Below, one piece after another: positions 40,393 to 47,319 of a stretch of 47,319 nucleotides of DNA. Both the position numbers and the translations under genes were made by a program. A model generated the notes under the pieces. That model did no database searches, was not told the origin of the DNA, and saw only the letters and a program-made list of their open reading frames with translations. Every line of letters begins with the position of its first letter. The first letter of the stretch is position 1. Origin of the DNA: Erythrobacter sp. (GTDB taxonomy: Bacteria > Pseudomonadota > Alphaproteobacteria > Sphingomonadales > Sphingomonadaceae); NCBI GenBank assembly GCA_020446625.1, contig JAGREI010000001.1:1-47319 (forward strand), read 5' to 3'.

Positions 40393-40430
40393 CGGCAGCC
40401 GCTTGCCGGTCAGCGGCAGACATTTGCCGC
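40393..40430. promoter_or_regulatory. Tandem CGGCA-N6-TGCCG palindromes (candidate sigma54 enhancer for flgB)
   Basis: Copies at 40393-40408 and 40413-40430, centres 21 bp apart, upstream of the -24 box at 40474. Confidence 0.6.
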
Positions 40431-40473
40431 TCGCCGCGCCGGAACGGGCGGTTTTCGCCTTGGCAGGGCAAAC

Positions 40474-40488
40474 TGGCACGGCGCTTGC
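40474..40488 (+). promoter_or_regulatory. sigma54 promoter of flgB operon
   Basis: TGGCAC-GGCGC-TTGC. Confidence 0.87.
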
Positions 40489-40543
40489 TGAATGCCATGG
40501 GCGAAGGACGGCACACCCGTCCGGCTGATTAAGGACAAGGCCC

Positions 40544-40891
40544 ATGAGCGAAGGACTGTTCGGCATCCACGGCGCGGCGCTGGAATTGCGCTCGCAGCGC
40601 ATGGGGCTCATCACCTCGAACATCGCCAATGCCGCCACCCCCGGCTACCGCGCGCGGGATATCGACTTCAACGCCGCCTTGCAGGCGCGCCTGAACGGGG
40701 CAGAGCAGAGCCAGGCGGTGGACATGGCCACTCGCTATCGCGTGCCGACCATGGCCAGCATGGATGGCAACACGGTGGAACTGGCCAACGAACAGCTGGC
40801 CTTCGCGCAGAACGCGGTCGCCTATTCCGCCACGCTCAGCTTCATCGGCGCACGGGTGCAGACCGTGACGCGCGCGCTTCAGGGTGAATAG
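40544..40891 (+). CDS. flgB: Basal-body rod protein FlgB
   Basis: SNIANAATPGYRARDIDF, DGNTVE. Confidence 0.93.
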   Translation: MSEGLFGIHGAALELRSQRMGLITSNIANAATPGYRARDIDFNAALQARLNGAEQSQAVDMATRYRVPTMASMDGNTVELANEQLAFAQNAVAYSATLSFIGARVQTVTRALQGE

Positions 40892-40928
40892 CCATGTCCT
40901 CAAGTAGCGAAGCGATAGGACAAACAAG

Positions 40929-41333
40929 ATGAGCGCGCCTGTCTCCCTGTTCGACGTCGTCCAGCGCGGCATGTCCGCGCAGATGGTGCGGATGAATGCT
41001 GCCGCATCGAACCTTGCCAACGCGGGTTCGGTCGCCAGCAGCGAGGGCGAGGCATACCGGCCGCTGCGCCCGGTATTCCAGCAGGAGCTGGACAGCGCCA
41101 CCGGCCTGTCCTCGGTCCGCGTGGCCGAAGTGCGCCAGTCCGATGTCGCCGCCGTGCGCCGCCACGATCCCGATCACCCGCTGGCCGATGCCAATGGCGA
41201 CGTGTGGGAAAGCGGCGTCGATGAGAACACCGAGATGGTCGAGATCATGGAAAGCGCCCGCCAGTACCAGAACCTGGTGGAGGCGATGAACACCGCCAAG
41301 CAGCTGATGCTCGACACGATCAGGAGCAAGTGA
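40929..41333 (+). CDS. flgC: Basal-body rod protein FlgC
   Basis: SAQMVRMNAAASNLANA, HDPDHPLADANG, EMVEIMESARQYQ. Confidence 0.93.
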   Translation: MSAPVSLFDVVQRGMSAQMVRMNAAASNLANAGSVASSEGEAYRPLRPVFQQELDSATGLSSVRVAEVRQSDVAAVRRHDPDHPLADANGDVWESGVDENTEMVEIMESARQYQNLVEAMNTAKQLMLDTIRSK

Positions 41334-41659
41334 TGACCGTTAGTTCCACCACTGGCCTGGCCAGCAACCTGCAAGCCCTCAACGCTGGCGACAGCGTTTC
41401 CTCCGCCTCCAAGCAGGGCGGCCTCTCGGGGCTGGACCAGGGCGATTTCCTGCGCCTGCTGCTCACCCAGTTGCAGCAGCAGGATCCGCTGGAGCCGGTC
41501 GATAACAAGGAGATGCTGGCGCAGATGGCGCAGTTCACCGCGCTCGCCGGATCGACCGAGACCAACCAGACCTTGTCCGACATTTCGGCCAAGCTCGATG
41601 CGCTGATTGCGGTCCAGCAGACCGCGCAGACTTCCACCGATGATCAGCCCACTTCGTAA
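41333..41659 (+). CDS. flgD: Hook cap protein FlgD (N-terminal domain only)
   Basis: DFLRLLLTQLQQQDPLEPVDNKEMLAQMAQFT. Confidence 0.9.
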   Translation: MTVSSTTGLASNLQALNAGDSVSSASKQGGLSGLDQGDFLRLLLTQLQQQDPLEPVDNKEMLAQMAQFTALAGSTETNQTLSDISAKLDALIAVQQTAQTSTDDQPTS

Positions 41660-41671
41660 GGAGCAAGCCCG

Positions 41672-42490
41672 ATGACGTCCTTCTATACCTCGCTGAACGG
41701 CCTCAAGAACTCGCAGACCGACCTCAGCACCATCGCTCACAACATCGCCAACGCCGAAACCACCGGCTTCAAGAAGAGCAATGTCGAATTCTCCGATATC
41801 GTGGCCAACGGTTCGGCGGCCAACCCGCGCATGGCGCAGGGCATCGGTGCCACGGTGGCGGGGATCAACCAGAACTTCAGCCTCGGCGCGATCGAGCAGA
41901 CCGGGCGCAGCCTGGATATCGCCATCGACGGCGACGGCTTCTTCGCCACGCGCAACCCGGAAAACGGGCAGGTACTCTACACCCGCAACGGCAGCTTCCA
42001 GATCGATTCCGCTGGCAACGTCACTGATTTCGCCGCCAAGAGCCTGCAAATGTTCGAAATCGACGGCACTGGCGCGGTGGTGAATCCCGGCACCACGATC
42101 GACGCGGTGATCCCCACCACCAACGGGGCGGGATCGGACCTGGCCAGCATCACCATCGAGAAGAACGGCCTGATCAACGCCGCCTATGCCGATGGCACCA
42201 CCCAGTCCATCGGGCGCGTGGCGCTGGCCACCTTCACCGCACCCACGGGCCTGCGCGCAGTCGGCTCCACCAACTGGGAAGCCACCGGCTATTCGGGCAG
42301 TGCCACCTACGAGCTGCCGGGCAATGGCCGCAACGGCCAGCTGCTGGCGGGCGCGCTGGAACGATCCAACGTCGACCTGGCCGAGGAAATGGTGGGCCTG
42401 ATCACCGCGCAGCGCAATTTCCAGGCCAATGCCAAGGCCATCGATACCGCCACCCAGTTCTCGCAGACGATCATCAACCTGCGCAGCTGA
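41672..42490 (+). CDS. flgE: Hook protein FlgE (short, 272 aa)
   Basis: NIANAETTGFKKS, LYTRNGSF, LERSNVDLAEEMVGLITAQRNFQANAK; located after flgD. Confidence 0.87.
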   Translation: MTSFYTSLNGLKNSQTDLSTIAHNIANAETTGFKKSNVEFSDIVANGSAANPRMAQGIGATVAGINQNFSLGAIEQTGRSLDIAIDGDGFFATRNPENGQVLYTRNGSFQIDSAGNVTDFAAKSLQMFEIDGTGAVVNPGTTIDAVIPTTNGAGSDLASITIEKNGLINAAYADGTTQSIGRVALATFTAPTGLRAVGSTNWEATGYSGSATYELPGNGRNGQLLAGALERSNVDLAEEMVGLITAQRNFQANAKAIDTATQFSQTIINLRS

Positions 42491-42518
42491 TCCGGCTGAC
42501 TAGCGAGGAGTCCCGGCG

Positions 42519-43259
42519 ATGGACCGCATGATCTACACCGCCTTGACCGGCATGGACGCAGCGATGACGCGCCAGCGCGCCATCGCCAGCAACCTGGCCA
42601 ATGCCAATACGCCGGGCTTCCGCGCCGAGACTTTCGCCACCTTGCCGCTGCATCTGCAAGGCCAGTCGCTCGATGTGCGCGGGTTCGCGCAAGGGGCGGT
42701 GCGCGGGGTAGACTTTGCGCAAGGCACCACGGTGCAGACCGGGCGCGCGCTCGATATCGCGGTGGCCGGAGACGCGCTGATCGCCTTCCAGGGCGAGAAC
42801 GGCGAGGAAGTCTATTCGCGCCGCGGCGACCTCTCCATCGATCCTGCCGGACGGCTGGTGAACGGCGAGGGGTTGCAGGTGATGGGTTTGTCCGGCCCCT
42901 TGGCCGTGCCACCCGGCTGGCAGGTCAGCTTCGGCAACGATGGCAAGGTCTACGCCGCCGATCCCGCCGCGCCCGATGCGCCGCCCACCGAGGTGGGGCA
43001 GATCAAGCTGGCCAGTCCCGCCGGATCGTCGGTGGTGAAGGGCCTCGACAACCAGTTGCGCGTGCGTGGCGGCGGGGTGCTGCCCGCCGATCCTACTGCC
43101 GAGATCACCAGCGGCGCGCTGGAAGGCAGCAATGTCGATGCCAGCGGCACCCTGGTCGAGATGATCGAGGCGCAGCGCAGTTTCGAACAGCGCGTGCGGG
43201 TGATCTCCACCGCCGAACAGCTCGACCAGGCATCCTCGCGCCTGATGTCGCTCAGCTAA
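42519..43259 (+). CDS. flgF: Rod protein FlgF
   Basis: MDRMIYTALTG, NLANANTPGFR, TGRALDIA, LEGSNV. Confidence 0.92.
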   Translation: MDRMIYTALTGMDAAMTRQRAIASNLANANTPGFRAETFATLPLHLQGQSLDVRGFAQGAVRGVDFAQGTTVQTGRALDIAVAGDALIAFQGENGEEVYSRRGDLSIDPAGRLVNGEGLQVMGLSGPLAVPPGWQVSFGNDGKVYAADPAAPDAPPTEVGQIKLASPAGSSVVKGLDNQLRVRGGGVLPADPTAEITSGALEGSNVDASGTLVEMIEAQRSFEQRVRVISTAEQLDQASSRLMSLS

Positions 43260-43277
43260 CCCGAAAAGGACCAAGCC

Positions 43278-44066
43278 ATGCCTACTTCCGCCCTCCACGT
43301 CGCCCGCACGGGCCTCGAAGCGCAGGACACCCGGATGCGGGTGATCGCGCACAACCTCGCCAATATCGGCACCACCGGCTTCAAGCGCGACCGCGCCAAT
43401 TTCGAGACTCTGTCCTACGACGATGCGCGGGTGGCGGGGCAGCGTTCCAGCGGCGAGACCGCCTATGCCATCGGCCTGAACCTGGGCACCGGCGTTTCGG
43501 TGCAGGGCACCACGCGGATCGACACGCAGGGTACGCTCAGCACCACCGGCAACGCGCTGGACCTGGCGCTGGACGGCGACGGGTTCTTCCAGGTCGAACT
43601 GCCCGGCGGGCAGACCGCCTATACCCGCGCGGGCAACTTCACCCTCAGCGCCGAAGGCACGCTGGTGACCGCGCAAGGCTATGCCGTGCAGCCCGCGATC
43701 CAGGTGCCTGCGGGCGCACAGTCGATCACCGTGGGGTCTGACGGCACGGTTACCGCGATTGTCGACGGCGATGCCACGCCCGCCGAGCTGGGCCAGCTGA
43801 CCATTGCCAGCTTCGTCAATCCCGCAGGCTTGCAGGCCGCGGGCGACAACCTGCTGCTGGAAACCGCCGCCAGCGGGGCCGCCGACGCGGGGATCGCGGG
43901 GCAGAACGGGCGCGGCCAGATCCGCCAGGGGATGCTCGAAGCGAGCAACGTCAACGTGGTGGAAGAACTGGTCGAGATGATCGAGGCGCAGCGCGCCTAC
44001 GAAATCAATTCCAAGATGGTGAGCGCGGTCGACGAGATGCTGCGCAACGCCAACCAGACGCTGTGA
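43278..44066 (+). CDS. flgG: Distal rod protein FlgG
   Basis: NLANIGTTGFKRDRANF, YTRAGNF, LEASNVNVVEELVEMIEAQRAYEINSK. Confidence 0.95.
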   Translation: MPTSALHVARTGLEAQDTRMRVIAHNLANIGTTGFKRDRANFETLSYDDARVAGQRSSGETAYAIGLNLGTGVSVQGTTRIDTQGTLSTTGNALDLALDGDGFFQVELPGGQTAYTRAGNFTLSAEGTLVTAQGYAVQPAIQVPAGAQSITVGSDGTVTAIVDGDATPAELGQLTIASFVNPAGLQAAGDNLLLETAASGAADAGIAGQNGRGQIRQGMLEASNVNVVEELVEMIEAQRAYEINSKMVSAVDEMLRNANQTL

Positions 44067-44074
44067 GGCCCCCG

Positions 44075-44734
44075 ATGAAACACGCCATCCTGATCCCGCT
44101 CGCCGCGCTTGCCCTGTCGGGCTGCGCCATGGAAGGCGGCAATCCGCGCCCCGGCTTTGCCGCCGCGCTGCCGCCGCCACCGCCGCAATACGCGCCGCAG
44201 AACGGGGCCATCTTCCAGGCCAGCCAGGGCTATGCCGCCTTGCACGAAGGCACCCGCGCACGCCACGTGGGCGACCTTGTCACCGTGCTGCTGGTGGAAA
44301 ACCTCAACGCCGGCAAGACCACCAGCGCCACCACCGGGCGCAACGGATCGGCGTCGCTGACCCCGCCCAGCGCCGGGCTGTTCTCGTTCCTCAACCCCGA
44401 TGCCCTTAATGCCGAGGCGCAATCGTCGTTCAATGGGCAGGGCAGTGCATCGCAGCGCAGCACGCTCAGCGGGACGATCGCGGTCACCATCGCGGAAGTG
44501 CGCCCCAACGGAACCGCGCGGGTGGTCGGAGAACGGCAGATGAATTTGAGCCAGGGCGACGAATGGATCCAGTTCTCCGGCATCCTGCGGCTGGCCGATA
44601 TCGATAGCGACAACCGCGTGGTTTCCAGCCGCATTGCCGATGCCGAGATCATCTACGGCGGGCAGGGCGCGATCCAGCAGGCCAGCCGTCCGGGTTGGCT
44701 GGGCCGCTTCTTCAACATGGTCAGCCCGTTTTGA
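44075..44734 (+). CDS. flgH: L-ring lipoprotein FlgH
   Basis: Lipobox LSGC, ARHVGDLVTV, SSRIADAEI.YGG.G, GWLGRFF. Confidence 0.93.
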   Translation: MKHAILIPLAALALSGCAMEGGNPRPGFAAALPPPPPQYAPQNGAIFQASQGYAALHEGTRARHVGDLVTVLLVENLNAGKTTSATTGRNGSASLTPPSAGLFSFLNPDALNAEAQSSFNGQGSASQRSTLSGTIAVTIAEVRPNGTARVVGERQMNLSQGDEWIQFSGILRLADIDSDNRVVSSRIADAEIIYGGQGAIQQASRPGWLGRFFNMVSPF

Positions 44735-44745
44735 GGGGAATGGCG

Positions 44746-45963
44746 ATGCAGATGCTGAAAGCCATCTTCAGGAACCTCCCCTCCCGCTTGCGGGAGGGGC
44801 CGTGGGAGGGCGTGTCCGAAGTGCCGCGCTGCGACATTCCCCCTCCCGGCCTACCCCGCAAGCGGGGGAGGAGCTGGTTGGCAGGATCGCTTTGCTTGCT
44901 GGCCATGCTTTTCGCTGCGCCCGCCCATGCCGAACGCGTGCGCGATCTGGGCATGTTCGACGGCGTGCGGCCCAACCAGCTGACCGGCTATGGCGTGGTG
45001 GTGGGGCTGGATGGCACCGGCGATGACAACTTCGAATATGTGACAGAGGCCATGCGCGGCGTCTCCGGCCGCCTGGGGCTGACCTTGCCGCCCGGCGTTT
45101 CGCCCGGCCTGCGCAATGCCGCCGCCGTCATCATCACCGCCGAACTGCCCGCCTTCGCCAAGCCGGGGCAGACCATCGACGTGACCGTCTCCACCATCGG
45201 CCGCGCGCGCAGCCTGCGCGGTGGCTCGCTGGTGCTTTCGCCGCTCTACGGCGCGGACGGGCAGATCTACGGCATGGCGCAGGGCAACCTGGCCGTGGGT
45301 GGGCTGGGCGTATCGGGCCGCGATGGCTCGCAGGTGACAGTCAACGTACCCACCGTCGGCCGCATTGCCGACGGAGCCACGGTCGAACAATCGGTGGCCA
45401 CCGGCTTCGACAGCGAGGGCGAACTGCGCTTCAACCTCCACAACGCTGATTTCCAGACCGCCGCGCGGGTGCGCGATGCCATCAACATGCTCTATCCCGG
45501 CGCCGCGCGGGTGATCGACGGGGTGACGCTGTCCATCGCCATGCCCTTTGGCAGCGACGTGCGGGCAGAAATGATCGCGCAGATCGAGATGATCGAGGTG
45601 CAGCCCGCCGAAACCCCCGCGCGGGTGATCGTCAACGCCCGCACGGGCACGGTCGTCATCAATTCCGCCGTGCGCCTGATGCCCGCCGCGATCAGCCACG
45701 GACGGCTGGTGGTGCGCATCGACGAAGCGCCCGCGGTGATCCAGCCCGCGCCGTTCAGCCAGGGCCAGACTGCTGTCGAGCAGTCGAGCCAGATCACGCT
45801 GGAACAGGCCGAAGAACGCGTGGCCTTGATGCCGGGCGGGGCGAACCTGTCCGAAGTGGTGGATGCGCTCAACATGCTGGGCGTGGGGGCGGGCGACCTG
45901 GTCGTCATCCTCGAAGCCTTGAAGCAGGCCGGGGCCTTGCAGGCCGAGATGGTGATCCTGTGA
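44746..45963 (+). CDS. flgI: P-ring protein FlgI (signal peptide carries an in-frame repeat insertion)
   Basis: AHA|ERVRD, NQLTGYGVVVGLDGTGD, SLRGGSL, LEALKQAGALQAE. Confidence 0.95.
   Translation: MQMLKAIFRNLPSRLREGPWEGVSEVPRCDIPPPGLPRKRGRSWLAGSLCLLAMLFAAPAHAERVRDLGMFDGVRPNQLTGYGVVVGLDGTGDDNFEYVTEAMRGVSGRLGLTLPPGVSPGLRNAAAVIITAELPAFAKPGQTIDVTVSTIGRARSLRGGSLVLSPLYGADGQIYGMAQGNLAVGGLGVSGRDGSQVTVNVPTVGRIADGATVEQSVATGFDSEGELRFNLHNADFQTAARVRDAINMLYPGAARVIDGVTLSIAMPFGSDVRAEMIAQIEMIEVQPAETPARVIVNARTGTVVINSAVRLMPAAISHGRLVVRIDEAPAVIQPAPFSQGQTAVEQSSQITLEQAEERVALMPGGANLSEVVDALNMLGVGAGDLVVILEALKQAGALQAEMVIL
44776..44874. repeat. About 99-bp palindromic REP/RPE-like element
   Basis: Left arm CTCCCCTCCCGCTTGCGGGAGGGGCCGTGGGAGGG and right arm CCCTCCCGGCCTACCCCGCAAGCGGGGGAGGAG are imperfect reverse complements of each other, and each forms its own hairpin. 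Confidence 0.82.
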
Positions 45964-46256
45964 CCGCAATCTCCGCCACTTCCGGCCCGTTCAGCCTGAC
46001 GCCGCAGGCCGCCAGCCCGCGCGAGCAGTTGCGCGGCGCGGCGCAGGCGTTCGAGGCGATCTTCCTGCGCCAGCTGCTGGCCAGCGCGCGCGCCAGCGAT
46101 TTCGGCGGGGACGACCTGCTGGGCGGCCCCGGCATCGAACAGTTCGAGGCCATGCGCGACGAACAGTTCGCGGACATCGCCTCGCAGCAGGGGATGTTCG
46201 GCCTGGCCGAAGCCATCGAGCGGCAGCTGGCCGCCTTTGTCGGAGATTCCACATGA
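45960..46256 (+). CDS. flgJ: FlgJ rod-binding domain only (no muramidase)
   Basis: QLRGAAQAFEAIFLRQLL..AR, MRDEQFAD, GLAEAIERQL; 98 aa. Confidence 0.87.
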   Translation: MTAISATSGPFSLTPQAASPREQLRGAAQAFEAIFLRQLLASARASDFGGDDLLGGPGIEQFEAMRDEQFADIASQQGMFGLAEAIERQLAAFVGDST

Positions 46257-47319
46257 CCGCCAACCTCCTCCTGATCGGCAAGAGCGGGGCCATGGCCGCG
46301 CGCGCCGCGCTAGACCTGACCGCGCAGAACATCGCCAATGCGGGCAACGCCGACTATGCCCGGCGCACGCTTTCCATGGCGGAAGTGGCCGCCAAGGGCG
46401 GCATCACCATGCAACAGGACGTGGGCCTTTCGGGCGTGCGGCCCGACCGGGTGCTGCGATCGGATTCGCTGTTCCTCCACAACGAAGCGCGCCGCACATC
46501 GGGCGACCTCGCCCGTGCCGACGCCGAACTGGCGGGCCTTTCCAATGCCGAGACCGCGATCGAGCAGGCGGGCATCTACACCGCCATTGTCGATTTCGAA
46601 TCCAGCCTGTCGCGGCTGGCGTCGGACCCGCTGGGCGGCGCCTTGCGCAGCGCGGTGGTCGAAAGCGCCGACCGCCTGGCGCAGACCTTCCACATTGCGG
46701 GCAACGGCCTCGACATTGCCGAGGCGGACCTGCGCTTTGGCGCGGATGCCGGGGTCGAACAGGTCAACCTGCTGGCAGGCGAACTGGCGCGCACCAATGC
46801 CGGGATCGCCCGCGCGCGGCCCGGCAGCAGCAACATGGCGGCCCTGTTCGACCAGCGCGATGCCTTGCTGCGCGACATGTCGCAATATGCCGCCGTCACC
46901 ACCTCGCTTGACGCCATGGGCCGCGTGGCGGTGAGCGTGGACGGGCAGCCGCTGGTGGCGGGCGTGGACAGCTTCACGCTTGCCATGGCGGCCAATCCCG
47001 ATGGCAGCCTGGACTTCAGCGTCGGCGGCAATGCGGTGAACCTGCCTGCGGGCAGCCTGCTGGGCACCTCGCAGGCGCTGCACGGCATTGCCGACCTGCG
47101 CGGCCAGCTGGATGATCTCGCCGCGCAGGTGATCGACGTGGCCAACACCGCCCAGGCCAATGGCGCCGCGCCCGATGGCACGCCGGGCCAGCCGTTCTTT
47201 GCCGGCAGCGGCGCGGCGGACATTGCCGTGGCGCTGACCAGCGGCAGCCAGATCGCCACCGCGCCCGCCGGGTCGGCGGCGGACAGCCGCGATATCGGCA
47301 ATTTGCAGGCGCTGCGCGA
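46253..47319 (+). CDS. flgK: Hook-associated protein FlgK, 3'-truncated by window edge
   Basis: Not in the ORF track. ATG 46253 reads MTANLLLIGKSGAMAARAALDLTAQNIANAGNADYARR, later LFDQRDALL; follows flgJ. Confidence 0.9.
   Translation, partial: MTANLLLIGKSGAMAARAALDLTAQNIANAGNADYARRTLSMAEVAAKGGITMQQDVGLSGVRPDRVLRSDSLFLHNEARRTSGDLARADAELAGLSNAETAIEQAGIYTAIVDFESSLSRLASDPLGGALRSAVVESADRLAQTFHIAGNGLDIAEADLRFGADAGVEQVNLLAGELARTNAGIARARPGSSNMAALFDQRDALLRDMSQYAAVTTSLDAMGRVAVSVDGQPLVAGVDSFTLAMAANPDGSLDFSVGGNAVNLPAGSLLGTSQALHGIADLRGQLDDLAAQVIDVANTAQANGAAPDGTPGQPFFAGSGAADIAVALTSGSQIATAPAGSAADSRDIGNLQALR

Overview
GC-rich alphaproteobacterial DNA, most consistent with Sphingomonadales/Erythrobacteraceae from gene content (inference). 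It has two blocks. (1) About 1-33 kb is a dense catabolic locus that reads as a plant flavonoid/aryl O- and C-glycoside utilisation system. It encodes L-rhamnose catabolism, a GH106 rhamnosidase, two C-glycoside deglycosidase alpha/beta pairs, three GMC flavoproteins (two with Tat small subunits), TIM-barrel isomerase/lyase-type enzymes, a Gfo/Idh/MocA oxidoreductase, a ThuA protein, two secreted esterases, a TonB-dependent receptor, three MFS transporters, a flavin monooxygenase, a NodD-like LysR and a TetR. Reading the intergenic DNA shows two repeated operator families: four nod-box-like 40-mers and six AWTAGAA-N6-TTCTAAT palindromes. These split the locus into two parallel modules. (2) About 33-47.3 kb is a sigma54/sigma28-type flagellar cluster (GGDEF, fliA, flhA, SLT, flgNMA, degenerate motBA, flgB-K). 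It has recognisable promoters, candidate enhancer palindromes, unusually short FlgD/FlgE/FlgJ, and a 99-bp palindromic repeat inserted in frame in the flgI signal peptide. I saw no rRNA, tRNA, CRISPR array or transposase. All family assignments come from recognised motifs, not database searches.
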